A stretch of DNA of 56,040 bases from an uncultured Gemmatimonadota bacterium. GTDB lineage: Bacteria; GCA-2686955. Shown here piece after piece: positions 8,964 to 17,920 of this stretch (positions are counted from its first letter, which is position 1; the number at the start of each line of letters is the position of its first letter). The DNA is taken from NCBI GenBank assembly GCA_964490075.1, contig CAZBBK010000036.1:1-56040 (forward strand), in the 5' to 3' direction. A program made the translations under genes and the position numbers. The notes under the pieces are model-generated. The model worked only from the letters and a program-made list of their open reading frames with translations, did no database searches and was not told where the DNA came from.

Positions 8964-10546
8964 ACGCGGTGTCGCTGGTGCTCCTCGTGCACACTCCCGA
9001 CGGCCGCGTGGAGCCCCATCGCGTTGCCTCCGAGCACTGCGTGATCGGTTCCGCCGCCCAATGCGAGATCTTCCTGCCGCACACCGGCATCGAGGCTCGG
9101 CACGCGGCCATTCGCGTGCGCCCCGACCGCTCCTGGGAGGTGGTCCACAGCGCCGCCGAGGGGGTCACCTACGTCAACGATCGACGCGTTTCCGAGCGCG
9201 TCATCGAGGCCGGCGATATCGTGCGGGTGGGCAAATGCGAGCTGCTGGTCCAAGCCGAGCCCGGACGCAGGGTCGGATCGGCCCTGACGGCGGCGGAGGA
9301 GGAGCTCTTCTTCGACACCAAGGTGAGCCTGCACCGGCGGCTGATCCAGCGGATCGACCTGCGCCGTCTCGACGAGGCGGCGCTGCGGACCGAGGCCGAG
9401 CGCGTCATTCGCACGCTGATTCGAGAGCTCGACAGCGAGATCCCCGAGTTCGTCGAGCGCGATCGCCTGGCCAAGGAGCTGGTGGAGGATTCGCTGGGAC
9501 TGGGGCCGATCGAGGATCTGCTAAACGATCCCGAGGTCAGCGAGGTGATGGTCAACCGGCGCGACCAGGTCTTCGTCGAACGCGACGGCCGGCTGCTGCC
9601 GACCGACAAGAAGTTCCTCGCCGACGAGCAGATCGTCAACGTGATCCAGCGCATCGTGGCGCCGCTCGGCCGCTCGATCAACGAGGCCCGGCCGATGGTC
9701 GATGCCCGCCTGCCCGACGGCAGCCGGGTCAACGCGATCATTCCGCCGCTGGCGATCAATGGACCGACCCTGACGATTCGCAAGTTCTCGCGGGTGATCT
9801 TCGAGGTGGCCGACCTGATCGATCGCGGCAGCCTGTCGTGGGAGATGGCGCGCTTTCTGCGCCTCTGCGTGGAGTACAAGCGCAATCTGATCATCAGCGG
9901 CGGCGCCGGGTCGGGCAAGACCACGCTGCTCAATATCCTGGCCAGCTTCATCCCCCCGGCCGAGCGGATCATCACCGTGGAGGACGCGGCCGAGCTGAGT
10001 CTGCCGCAGGAGCACGTGGTGTCGCTCGAAGCCCGTCCCTCCAACCTGGAGGGGAAAGGGGAGGTGACCTTTCGCGACCTGGTCATCAACTCGCTGCGCA
10101 TGCGCCCTGATCGCATCATTGTCGGCGAATGCCGCGGCGGCGAGGCGCTCGACATGCTCCAGGCGATGAACACCGGACACGAGGGCTCGCTCACTACCAT
10201 CCACGCCAACACTCCGCTCGACTCCCTGACCCGTCTCGAGACGATGGTGCTGATGAGCGGGCTCGAGCTGCCCTCGCGGGCGATTCGCGACCAGATCATG
10301 TCGGCGATCGAGATTGTCGCGCAGACCCAGCGCTTCTCCGACGGCAGCCGCAAGATCACCCAGATCTCGCAGGTCTCCAACCAGACGCCCGGCCGCTTCG
10401 AGCTGGTCGATCTGTTCCGCTTTCGGCAGACCGGGATCGACGGCGACCAACGGATCTCCGGCGAATTCGTCGCCACCGGCGTGCGCCCCCGCCTCATCGA
10501 CCAGCTCCAGGAGCAGGGCCTGGAGATCCCCTGGGATCCTCGATGA
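8957..10546 (+). CDS. cpaF: TadA/CpaF pilus ATPase with an N-terminal FHA-like domain
   Basis: Walker A GGAGSGKTT, LRMRPDRIIVGECRGGE, AMNTGHEGSLTTIHAN; residues ~5-98 FHA-like (VIGS..CEIFL....IEARHA). Confidence 0.93.
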   Translation: MVDAVSLVLLVHTPDGRVEPHRVASEHCVIGSAAQCEIFLPHTGIEARHAAIRVRPDRSWEVVHSAAEGVTYVNDRRVSERVIEAGDIVRVGKCELLVQAEPGRRVGSALTAAEEELFFDTKVSLHRRLIQRIDLRRLDEAALRTEAERVIRTLIRELDSEIPEFVERDRLAKELVEDSLGLGPIEDLLNDPEVSEVMVNRRDQVFVERDGRLLPTDKKFLADEQIVNVIQRIVAPLGRSINEARPMVDARLPDGSRVNAIIPPLAINGPTLTIRKFSRVIFEVADLIDRGSLSWEMARFLRLCVEYKRNLIISGGAGSGKTTLLNILASFIPPAERIITVEDAAELSLPQEHVVSLEARPSNLEGKGEVTFRDLVINSLRMRPDRIIVGECRGGEALDMLQAMNTGHEGSLTTIHANTPLDSLTRLETMVLMSGLELPSRAIRDQIMSAIEIVAQTQRFSDGSRKITQISQVSNQTPGRFELVDLFRFRQTGIDGDQRISGEFVATGVRPRLIDQLQEQGLEIPWDPR

Positions 10547-11397
10547 GCGCGACCTACGCCGCGGTGCTCGCCCTGATCGGCGCTTCGACGACGGCGGCGA
10601 CCTTTGCCGGGCTGCGGATCGTCAGGCGGCGCTATCTCCGCTTTCGGAGCTCCTTCCTGGGGCGCGCCGCGCGCGAGCTGGACTACCTCTACTCCGACCT
10701 GCAGGCCGACCAGGTGCTGATGGTTTCGCTTTTCGCGACCGTCTTGCTGGCCCTGGTCGCGCTCCTGGCCGGTGCCGGGCTGGCGGGTGTGGCGCTGATG
10801 GTGGGGATCGGGCTCGCGGCGCCCCGGATGATCTTCGGCCAGCTCCGGGCGCGGCGCTCGCGGCGCTTCGCGGGCCAGCTGGTCGACGCCATCGCCATGA
10901 TCTCCAACTGCCTGCGGGTCGGACTGAACTTGCACCAGGCGGTGCGCACGGTGGTCAACGAGATGGAGGCGCCGATCTCGGAGGAGTTCGGGCTGGTGCT
11001 GCGCGAAACCAGCATCGGGGCCCCGATCGAGCAGTCTATGGCGGCGCTGGCGCGGCGCATGAGCTCGGAGGATCTCGACCTGGTGGTGACCGCGATCTGG
11101 GTGGCCCAACAGACCGGCGGCGATCTCGGCGAGATATTCCAGAACATCTCGCGCCAGATCCGCGAGCGCAACCGTGCCGAGCGCAAGTTGGTGTCGATGA
11201 CCAGCGCCGGCCGGCTGCAGGGGGGGCTGGTGGCGGTGGTGCCGCCCTTGCTGCTGCTCTGGACCATGGTGGCCGATTCCGAGCGGGCGCTCGCCCACTA
11301 CTCCACGCCGCTCGGCTTGACCATGCTGGCGATCGTGGCTGGATTCTACCTGCTGGCCTTCGTCGCGATTCGCTGGCTGACGAGCCTGGAGGCCTGA
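10543..11397 (+). CDS. tadB: TadB inner-membrane platform protein
   Basis: FAGQLVDAI..ISNCLRVG, PISEEF, QQTGGDLGEIF..I...IRER; T2SSF-like. Confidence 0.88.
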   Translation: MSATYAAVLALIGASTTAATFAGLRIVRRRYLRFRSSFLGRAARELDYLYSDLQADQVLMVSLFATVLLALVALLAGAGLAGVALMVGIGLAAPRMIFGQLRARRSRRFAGQLVDAIAMISNCLRVGLNLHQAVRTVVNEMEAPISEEFGLVLRETSIGAPIEQSMAALARRMSSEDLDLVVTAIWVAQQTGGDLGEIFQNISRQIRERNRAERKLVSMTSAGRLQGGLVAVVPPLLLLWTMVADSERALAHYSTPLGLTMLAIVAGFYLLAFVAIRWLTSLEA

Positions 11398-11402
11398 GCG
11401 AG

Positions 11403-12269
11403 ATGCGCTTCCTACTGCTCCTGGTGCTCGGCGTATCGATCGCCCTGCTGGCCCACCAAGCCATCCTCTTCGGCTCCTACTTGCTGCGGCTGCAGGCGGA
11501 GCGGCGCCGGCAGATCGCCCGCGCCCTGGGAATCGTGGGCGGAAAGGCCCCGCGGCGCTGGCACGACGACCCTTTCGGCCGTGGGACGATCGCCGACTTG
11601 AGGGCCGGTTACCGGAGGCTGGTGGTGCGCAGCGGTCGCGCGCTGGAGATCGGCTTCGTGGAGTTCCTGGCGCTCTCCGGCACGCTCGGCCTGGCGATCG
11701 GCGCGGCCGCCATGGCGCTGGGTGCCGGTGCTTTCACCGCGGTCCTGCTCGGGCTCTTGACCGGAGCCCTGCCCGGGCTCTGGGTGCGCGGGCGCGCCGA
11801 GCGGCGCGGTCGCGAGATCGTCCGGCTGCTGCCCGGCTTCATGGATCTCCTGGTGCTCTCGGTGGAATCGGGGCTCGACTTCACCTCGGCCGTGGCCCGC
11901 ATCATCGACCGGGCGACTCCCTCGGCGCTGACCGAGGAGATGCGGATCGTGCTGCTGGAGATCCGCCTCGGTGCCGCGCGCCGCGCCGCGCTGCGCAGTC
12001 TCTCCGGGCGCCTCGATCTGCCCGAGATCCGCGCACTGGCGGCCGCGATCATCCAGGCCGATCGCTACGGCGTGTCCCTTGGCCAGACCCTGCGCATCCA
12101 GGCCGAGCAGGTGCGCGCCCGGCGCTTCGAGAGGGCGGAGCAGCGCGCCGGCAGGGCGGCCGTGTTGATCAGCTTGCCGACCGTGCTCTTTCTCGTGCCC
12201 TGTGTTTTCCTGATACTGGTCGGGCCCTACGTGCCGGAGGTGCTGCGCTCGCTCGGAACCGGGCTCTAG
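11403..12269 (+). CDS. tadC: TadC inner-membrane platform protein
   Basis: LPGFMDLLVLSVESGLDF, IQADRYGVSLGQTLRIQAE, ISLPTVLFLVP. Confidence 0.88.
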   Translation: MRFLLLLVLGVSIALLAHQAILFGSYLLRLQAERRRQIARALGIVGGKAPRRWHDDPFGRGTIADLRAGYRRLVVRSGRALEIGFVEFLALSGTLGLAIGAAAMALGAGAFTAVLLGLLTGALPGLWVRGRAERRGREIVRLLPGFMDLLVLSVESGLDFTSAVARIIDRATPSALTEEMRIVLLEIRLGAARRAALRSLSGRLDLPEIRALAAAIIQADRYGVSLGQTLRIQAEQVRARRFERAEQRAGRAAVLISLPTVLFLVPCVFLILVGPYVPEVLRSLGTGL

Positions 12270-12272
12270 ATC

Positions 12273-12629
12273 GTGACCGCGACCCATTCCTTGCGCCGCG
12301 ACGGACGGGTCACCGCGCTCAGGGTGCGGCGGGCGTGTAGTCTGCGCTCCAGGCTGGTCGGCTTGATCGGCCGCGGCGCCCTGGAGCCCGACCAAGGACT
12401 CTGGATCACTCCCTGCAACTCGGTGCACACCTGCTTCATGACCTTTCCGATCGACGTCGTGTTTCTGGATGCACGGCTGCGCGTGGTGCGGGTGCGCCCC
12501 GCTCTGCCTCCGTGGAGAGCGGCCTGGGGAGGATGGAAGGCGCGGCACGCACTGGAGCTGGCCGCCGGCGCGGCGCGGCGGACGGAGATTCGCGTGGGCG
12601 TGAGGCTCGAGCTGGCCGACGACGAATGA
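12273..12629 (+). CDS. DUF192 family protein
   Basis: RLVGLIGR..L....GLWITPCNSVHTCFMTFPIDVVFLD...ALELAAG. Confidence 0.85.
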   Translation: MTATHSLRRDGRVTALRVRRACSLRSRLVGLIGRGALEPDQGLWITPCNSVHTCFMTFPIDVVFLDARLRVVRVRPALPPWRAAWGGWKARHALELAAGAARRTEIRVGVRLELADDE

Positions 12630-12678
12630 GCGACCGAGGCTCGCTGGAGAGCGGGCAATCAACGACGAGGATGAGCAG

Positions 12679-13260
12679 ATGGTCCGACCGATGAGAAGAC
12701 TCGGGGGGCAGTTGTGGGTCTACGCGGCGGCGCTGGCGCTGCTCGCCGCGGCCGGGATCCTGCATCGTGGATCGCCGGTCTCCGACGCCGACCTGCCGCC
12801 ACCGGCACCGAGCGCCGCGCTGGAGACGGCTCCTCCCTGCGCATCCTTCGTGCCCGATTTGGCCACACTGAGCCCGGCCGTGGGACCGGTCGATCTGCGC
12901 GTGGCCGCGACGCTGATCGAGAGCGGCGATCGGCTCTACGAGGAGCGCGATCTCGCCTGGGGCAACCTCTACGAGGCGATCATGGTCTGGCGCGCCGCCG
13001 CCGAGGAGGCGGCCGGACTCGATCCCCGGCCGCCCTTGCTGTACCTGGCGCTGGAGCGGATCCTCAAGGCGGAAGAGGAGTTCTGCGAGCGCTTCCGCTT
13101 TCATCGCAGCTCCGCCGAGGTCGCCTTCGCGGCGGGCGACCTGGAGCGAGCCCTCTACCACGCCCAGGTCGTGCTCGAGTCGATCCCCGAGCCTTTCGAT
13201 GCCCGCTACCAGTGGGCCAAGGCGATGCAGCTCAAGAGCCGTCCGGCGGGCGAAGAGTAG
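12679..13260 (+). CDS. Hypothetical membrane-anchored protein with a helical/TPR-like C-terminus (start may be 12691)
   Basis: N-terminal hydrophobic segment, Pro-rich linker, helical repeats (GDRLYEE..GNLYEAI..W; AFAAGDLERAL); tight spacing in the operon. Confidence 0.6.
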   Translation: MVRPMRRLGGQLWVYAAALALLAAAGILHRGSPVSDADLPPPAPSAALETAPPCASFVPDLATLSPAVGPVDLRVAATLIESGDRLYEERDLAWGNLYEAIMVWRAAAEEAAGLDPRPPLLYLALERILKAEEEFCERFRFHRSSAEVAFAAGDLERALYHAQVVLESIPEPFDARYQWAKAMQLKSRPAGEE

Positions 13261-13274
13261 CGCGCGGCCGAGCC

Positions 13275-14939
13275 ATGGATCGATCCGGCCACTCAGAGCG
13301 GACGGCGCTGACGCTGGTGGTCTCGCTGGGGACGGCCCCGCTGGCGCGGCACGCGCTGGGGGTGCGAGCCCTCCTGGTGGGAAGCGGGCCGGACGCCGAC
13401 ATCCGCCTGGAGGCGCGCGGGGTTCGGCCCCGCCACGCGGAGCTCAGGCGGCACGGGCAGGGCGCCCTGCTCACGCCCCTCGATCGCGAGTGCAAGCTGC
13501 TCCTGGACGGCCGGCCGGTGGCCGGCGACCTGCTGCTGCGTCCCGGTCAGCTGGCGCACGTGGGGCTCTACACCCTCGAGCTCGAGCTCCCGGGGACCCG
13601 TCCGGCGGTGGCCCGCACCACGCGCGATGCGCTCGGGCAGCTGGAGCTGATCATGGGCGGCAAGACGGTGCGGGTCTTCTCGCTCCACCATGGCGCCACG
13701 GTCGGGCGCGATCCCGGCTGCTGGGTGCCGGTGGACGATGCGGAGCTCTCCGAGCGCCACGCGGAGTTCTACCGCGCCGGCGATTCCTCGGTGCATATCC
13801 GTGATTTGCAGAGCGAGGGAGGGACGCGGGTTGGAGGGAGGACGATCGCCGATGCGCCGCTGCTGACGGGCGACAAGATCGACATCGGCTCGTTTCAGTT
13901 CCGCTTCCGGGCCGCCGATCAGTCCTCGTCGAGCTGGTTCGCGGGGCGAGCCTGGCCGTCCTGGGTGCTGCTCCTGTTGGCGGCGTTCTGCCTGGGCGTC
14001 GTGCTGGTGCGCGGCCAGGCGCGGCGCGAGCCGGATCCGGCGCGAGCCCTGCGCGAGGCGAGCCTGGCGCTCGACGCGGGGGACGTGGAGCGTGCCCGGC
14101 GGGCCCTGCCGGCGCCTGGGAGCGAGTTTCCCGACTCGCTCGGCCGGGTGCGCCGGCGCCTGGTCCAACGCGTCGACGCCGCATCGGCCCGGCGCCAGGC
14201 AGAGGATGCACTGGCCCTGGGCCAGGCGCAGCGGGCGATCGACCACCTGGTCCTCGCCCACGGCCTGGCGCCCGGCGAGTCGGCTACCACCGAGCTCCTG
14301 CACCGCACTCTGCGGCGCCTCGGGCGCGAGGAGGCGCCCGTGGCGGCGCTCCCTTCGGCGCTGATCGAGCCGCCCCCGCGCGCGCCGCCGATCGAGTCGC
14401 GTTCTCCGCCGCGCCGCCCACCCGGAGCAAGGCCCGAGATCGACACCGATCCGCCACGCGTGGCCTGGGGCGCCTCGGATCGGATGCACCTGCTGCCCGG
14501 CGAGGCGCTGACCCTGATCATCGAGCGCCGCCCCGGGGAGGAACGAGCCCTGGACTGCTCCTGGAGCGCCGAGCGCGGCAGCTTGAGCGCCGATGGGCTG
14601 CGCGGCCGTTATCTCGCTCCCGCGCGGGCGGCCGGCTCGGTGGACCATCTGCGCGTCGAGGTGCGGGCACCGGGTGGCGCGCCGCGGGTGCTGCGTGCGA
14701 CCATCAGCATCGGCCGGCCGGCCGCCTCCGCGGCGGCCGATCCCGAGGCGGAACGTCTCTTCTGGAGCGGCTACCGCCTGCTGCGCGAGCCGACGCTGCA
14801 CGACCCCTCGCGCGCCCGCGCCGAGCTGCGGCGCGCGCTCGAGCTGCTCGAGGGCGGCCATCCGCTGGCACGGCGGGCGCGGGAGCTGCTCTTGGAGATC
14901 GAAGATGAGGCGGACTCGGGAGACCAAGTCCCGAAATAA
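13275..14939 (+). CDS. Double-FHA membrane protein (FHA-FHA-TM-TPR-Pro linker-beta domain-TPR), 554 aa
   Basis: FHA1 LVGSGPDADIRL....VRPRHA; FHA2 VGRDPGC......LSERHA...DLQSEGGT; TM WVLLLLAAFCLGVVLV; ATG 13275 lies 14 nt after the upstream stop. Confidence 0.75.
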   Translation: MDRSGHSERTALTLVVSLGTAPLARHALGVRALLVGSGPDADIRLEARGVRPRHAELRRHGQGALLTPLDRECKLLLDGRPVAGDLLLRPGQLAHVGLYTLELELPGTRPAVARTTRDALGQLELIMGGKTVRVFSLHHGATVGRDPGCWVPVDDAELSERHAEFYRAGDSSVHIRDLQSEGGTRVGGRTIADAPLLTGDKIDIGSFQFRFRAADQSSSSWFAGRAWPSWVLLLLAAFCLGVVLVRGQARREPDPARALREASLALDAGDVERARRALPAPGSEFPDSLGRVRRRLVQRVDAASARRQAEDALALGQAQRAIDHLVLAHGLAPGESATTELLHRTLRRLGREEAPVAALPSALIEPPPRAPPIESRSPPRRPPGARPEIDTDPPRVAWGASDRMHLLPGEALTLIIERRPGEERALDCSWSAERGSLSADGLRGRYLAPARAAGSVDHLRVEVRAPGGAPRVLRATISIGRPAASAAADPEAERLFWSGYRLLREPTLHDPSRARAELRRALELLEGGHPLARRARELLLEIEDEADSGDQVPK

Positions 14940-14948
14940 GGAATTCCC

Positions 14949-15830
14949 ATGCCAGAAATCGGAGTGATCGGCGGCTCGGGCCTGTATCGAATGGACGAGC
15001 TGAAGAATGTCCGGGAGCTGAAGATCGACACGCCCTACGGCGATCCCTCCGATCTGTTCCGCATCGGCGAGATCGAGGGCCGCGAGGTCGCCTTTCTGGC
15101 CCGCCACGGCCGCCACCACCGCCTCGATCCTTCGCACCTGCCTTTTCGCGCCAACATCTTCGCCTTCAAGAAGCTGGGCGTGCGGCGCCTGATCTCGGCC
15201 AGCGCCGTCGGCAGTCTGAGGGAGGAGATCGCCCCCCTGCACATGGTCGTGCCGGACCAGTTCTTCGACCGTACCCGCGGGCGCTGCTCGAGCTTCTACG
15301 GCGACGGCGTCGTGGCCCATGTCGCCTTCGCCGATCCGCTCTGTCAGGGGCTCCGCGAGCTGCTGCAACGCTCGGCGACCGGACAGGGGGTCAGGGTCCA
15401 CGAAGGCGGCACCTATGTCTGCATGGAGGGGCCGGCCTTCTCCACTCGCGCCGAGTCGCTCACCTATCGCAACACCATCCACGGCGCGGCGGTGATCGGC
15501 ATGACCAATCTGCAGGAGGCGAAGCTGTCCCGCGAGGCCGAGATCTGCTACGCCACCCTGGCCCTGGTCACCGACTACGACTGCTGGCACGAGGGCGAGG
15601 ACGACGTCACCACCGAGGCCGTGATCGAAATCCTGCAGCAGAACGCGCAGGCGGCTCGGGCGGTGATCCGCGAGGCGGTGCGTGGTGTCGATCTCGAGCG
15701 AAGCTGCGACTGCGAGCGCGCCCTCTCGACGGCGTTGTTGACGCCGATCGACGCGATCTCGGAGGCCGATCGGATGCACCTCTCGGTGCTGCTGGGGCGG
15801 CTGGTGGGCCCCTCAAGCCCTGACCAGTAG
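14949..15830 (+). CDS. mtnP: S-methyl-5'-thioadenosine phosphorylase (MTAP/PNP family)
   Basis: IGVIGGSGLY, TPYGDPS, FLARHG, SAVGSLREE, EGPAFSTRAES, GMTNLQEAKLSREAE, VTDYDCW. Confidence 0.92.
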   Translation: MPEIGVIGGSGLYRMDELKNVRELKIDTPYGDPSDLFRIGEIEGREVAFLARHGRHHRLDPSHLPFRANIFAFKKLGVRRLISASAVGSLREEIAPLHMVVPDQFFDRTRGRCSSFYGDGVVAHVAFADPLCQGLRELLQRSATGQGVRVHEGGTYVCMEGPAFSTRAESLTYRNTIHGAAVIGMTNLQEAKLSREAEICYATLALVTDYDCWHEGEDDVTTEAVIEILQQNAQAARAVIREAVRGVDLERSCDCERALSTALLTPIDAISEADRMHLSVLLGRLVGPSSPDQ

Positions 15831-16304
15831 CACCTCTTTCGGCCCTTCGGGCGGGGGCTCGGTCTGCGCCGCGGCCAGCAGGTCGTCGTAGACCACGGCG
15901 CGCGCCTCGAATCGCCGGGTGTCGAGCACCGTCTGGACTCCGGTCATGGTCTGTGCGTCGACCACGATCGGGCCGGCCAGATTGGCGGTGATGTGGCGCG
16001 GATCGCGGCTCAGCATGGCGATCGCCAGCACCAGCACGTCGTGTCCCGGCTGGAAGCCGATCCCGGTCAGCAGCTCGGGCGCGACCGGCACCCGGTAGTC
16101 GCTGCGGAAGAGCAGCGGATCGATCACCGCGAAGGCCAGCTCGCCCTGGTCGAGGCTCTGCAACCAGCGAAAAGGAGCGATCCCCTCGTCGTCGATCAAG
16201 AGGAAGCGTGTCGCGCCCTCGAAGCCGAGCAGTCCGGCCGGGAGCGTTAGCACATCCTCGTCCTTCCAATCCAGCTCGCCGAAGAGTCGGGTGATGAGGG
16301 TCAT
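15813..16304 (-). CDS. fliW: Flagellar assembly factor FliW
   Basis: TRLFGEL, GLLGFE, F.WLQS, F.VIDP..F..DY, TANLAGPIVV; follows flgL. Confidence 0.9.
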   Translation of the reverse strand: MTLITRLFGELDWKDEDVLTLPAGLLGFEGATRFLLIDDEGIAPFRWLQSLDQGELAFAVIDPLLFRSDYRVPVAPELLTGIGFQPGHDVLVLAIAMLSRDPRHITANLAGPIVVDAQTMTGVQTVLDTRRFEARAVVYDDLLAAAQTEPPPEGPKEVLLVRA

Positions 16305-16326
16305 GGCGGATCGGCTCCCCTTCGCG

Positions 16327-17907
16327 CTAGATATAGTCCATCAGACTGAGATTCAGGACCGACGAGGTGGTGGCCAGCGCGGCTTCGTAGATCGACTGAC
16401 TGGAGGATAGCTCGACGATCGCCGCGGCGAAATCGACATCCTCGATCTCCGAGATCGCCAGCTCCATGTCCATGCTCATGCTCAGCATGCGGTTCTCGCT
16501 CAGCTGGAGCTCCTGCAGCCGGGCTCCCGCGCCGGCCCGCGCGTGGATGATCGAGTCGACCGCCTCGCTGAGACCGTCGACGAGCGAGTTGGCGGCATCC
16601 TGGTCGAGGCTCTGCACCGCCTCGCGGAGATCGTGGAGCAGGGCGAAGACGTCGCGCTCCTCCTCGGTTCCGACGATCCCCAGGTCGGACGCGGTGCGAC
16701 CGTTGCCCAGATCGGCGACGTGCAGCGTGGTGCCGTGGACCAGGGAGTGGATCTCGATTCCGGTGCCTTGCTCGTTGATCTCGGCTTCCACGCCGACGCC
16801 GCTGGCTTCGATCCGATCGAGGATGTCGGCCACGGTCTCGGTGCCGGTCAGATCGACGTAGGCCTCGTTGTCGCCGTTGGCGATGTAGATCTCGCCGCGG
16901 TCGTATCCTTCGCCGCCGTTCAGCAGCTCGACCTCGTTCTCCTCGGTGAGCTTGGGGTCGAGATCGCGCCCCACCAACACCCCGTCGGTGCGCCCGGCGA
17001 TCTCCCAGATGCCGAGATCCTGGGCGGTGGTGCCCTCGTCGACCTCCAGCACCATCAGGCCGAGCTCCGGGTCGGGATTGGCGCTGACGTCGGTGAGGGT
17101 GATGCCGCGTCCGTCGGCACTCAGCGCGGCCTGCACGTCGACATCCTGCAGCTCGTTGATGGCCTGGATCACGTCGCCGATGTTCTCGACTCCGGCCGGC
17201 ACCAGGTCGAGGATCTGGCTCTTTCCCTCGCGGTCGTGGATCTCGAAGCGCCCCATCTCCACGCCGGCTCCGTGGTGGAGATCGGAGAGGGGGGTGGTCA
17301 GGTCGAGAATCGGATCGAGATCGGCATCGCCACGGCTGATCATCGCGGTGCGACCGGCCATCGCCTGCTGGCCGTCGATGTTGATCTGGGTGCGCATCCC
17401 CTCGGGCCCGCTGGCGATGTAGATCGCTTCGCTGTCGCCCCGCCAGAACACCTGGCCATCGGTTCCTTCCACGAAGGGCGCGGTGTCGCTGTCGCGGCCG
17501 CCGAAGACGTAGCGGTCGTTGTACTTCGAGTTCATCAGCGTGGTGACCTGGGAGCTGATGCTGTCGAGCTCTTCGACCAACGCGATCGCCTCGGCCTCGG
17601 TGGTGGAGCTGTTGGCGGCGTCGATCGCCACGTCGCGGGCGCGCACCAGGAGCTGCTCGGTCTCCGCCAGGGCCGTGGAGGCGAGCGAGAGCATCGAGGT
17701 GCCGTACCCCGCGTTCGACATGTACTGCTCGAAGCCGCTCATCCGCTCGCGCAGATCGAGTGAGCGCGAGAGCCCCACCGGATCGTCGGAGAGCGAACGC
17801 ACGCGGCGCCCGTCGGTGACCTGCTGCTGGGCCTCGATCATGCGCCGTTGGCCGATCTGGATCTGGTGTGCGATCTGGTGCTTCAACGAGAGATTGGTGA
17901 CCCGCAT
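16327..17907 (-). CDS. flgL: Hook-associated protein 3 FlgL with inserted domains
   Basis: MRVTN start, SDDPVG, YVFGG, ARAGAGAR, C-terminal YEAAL......LSLMDYI. Confidence 0.9.
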   Translation of the reverse strand: MRVTNLSLKHQIAHQIQIGQRRMIEAQQQVTDGRRVRSLSDDPVGLSRSLDLRERMSGFEQYMSNAGYGTSMLSLASTALAETEQLLVRARDVAIDAANSSTTEAEAIALVEELDSISSQVTTLMNSKYNDRYVFGGRDSDTAPFVEGTDGQVFWRGDSEAIYIASGPEGMRTQINIDGQQAMAGRTAMISRGDADLDPILDLTTPLSDLHHGAGVEMGRFEIHDREGKSQILDLVPAGVENIGDVIQAINELQDVDVQAALSADGRGITLTDVSANPDPELGLMVLEVDEGTTAQDLGIWEIAGRTDGVLVGRDLDPKLTEENEVELLNGGEGYDRGEIYIANGDNEAYVDLTGTETVADILDRIEASGVGVEAEINEQGTGIEIHSLVHGTTLHVADLGNGRTASDLGIVGTEEERDVFALLHDLREAVQSLDQDAANSLVDGLSEAVDSIIHARAGAGARLQELQLSENRMLSMSMDMELAISEIEDVDFAAAIVELSSSQSIYEAALATTSSVLNLSLMDYI

Positions 17908-17920
17908 CGCTTTCCCCGCG

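Noticed and set aside
9169-11298. Long antisense ORFs (e.g. 9169-11298, 13293-15779, 30856-33519, 40630-43557, 48345-51818)
   Set aside because: They mirror well-supported genes on the other strand, have no recognisable motifs, and are expected at this GC content.
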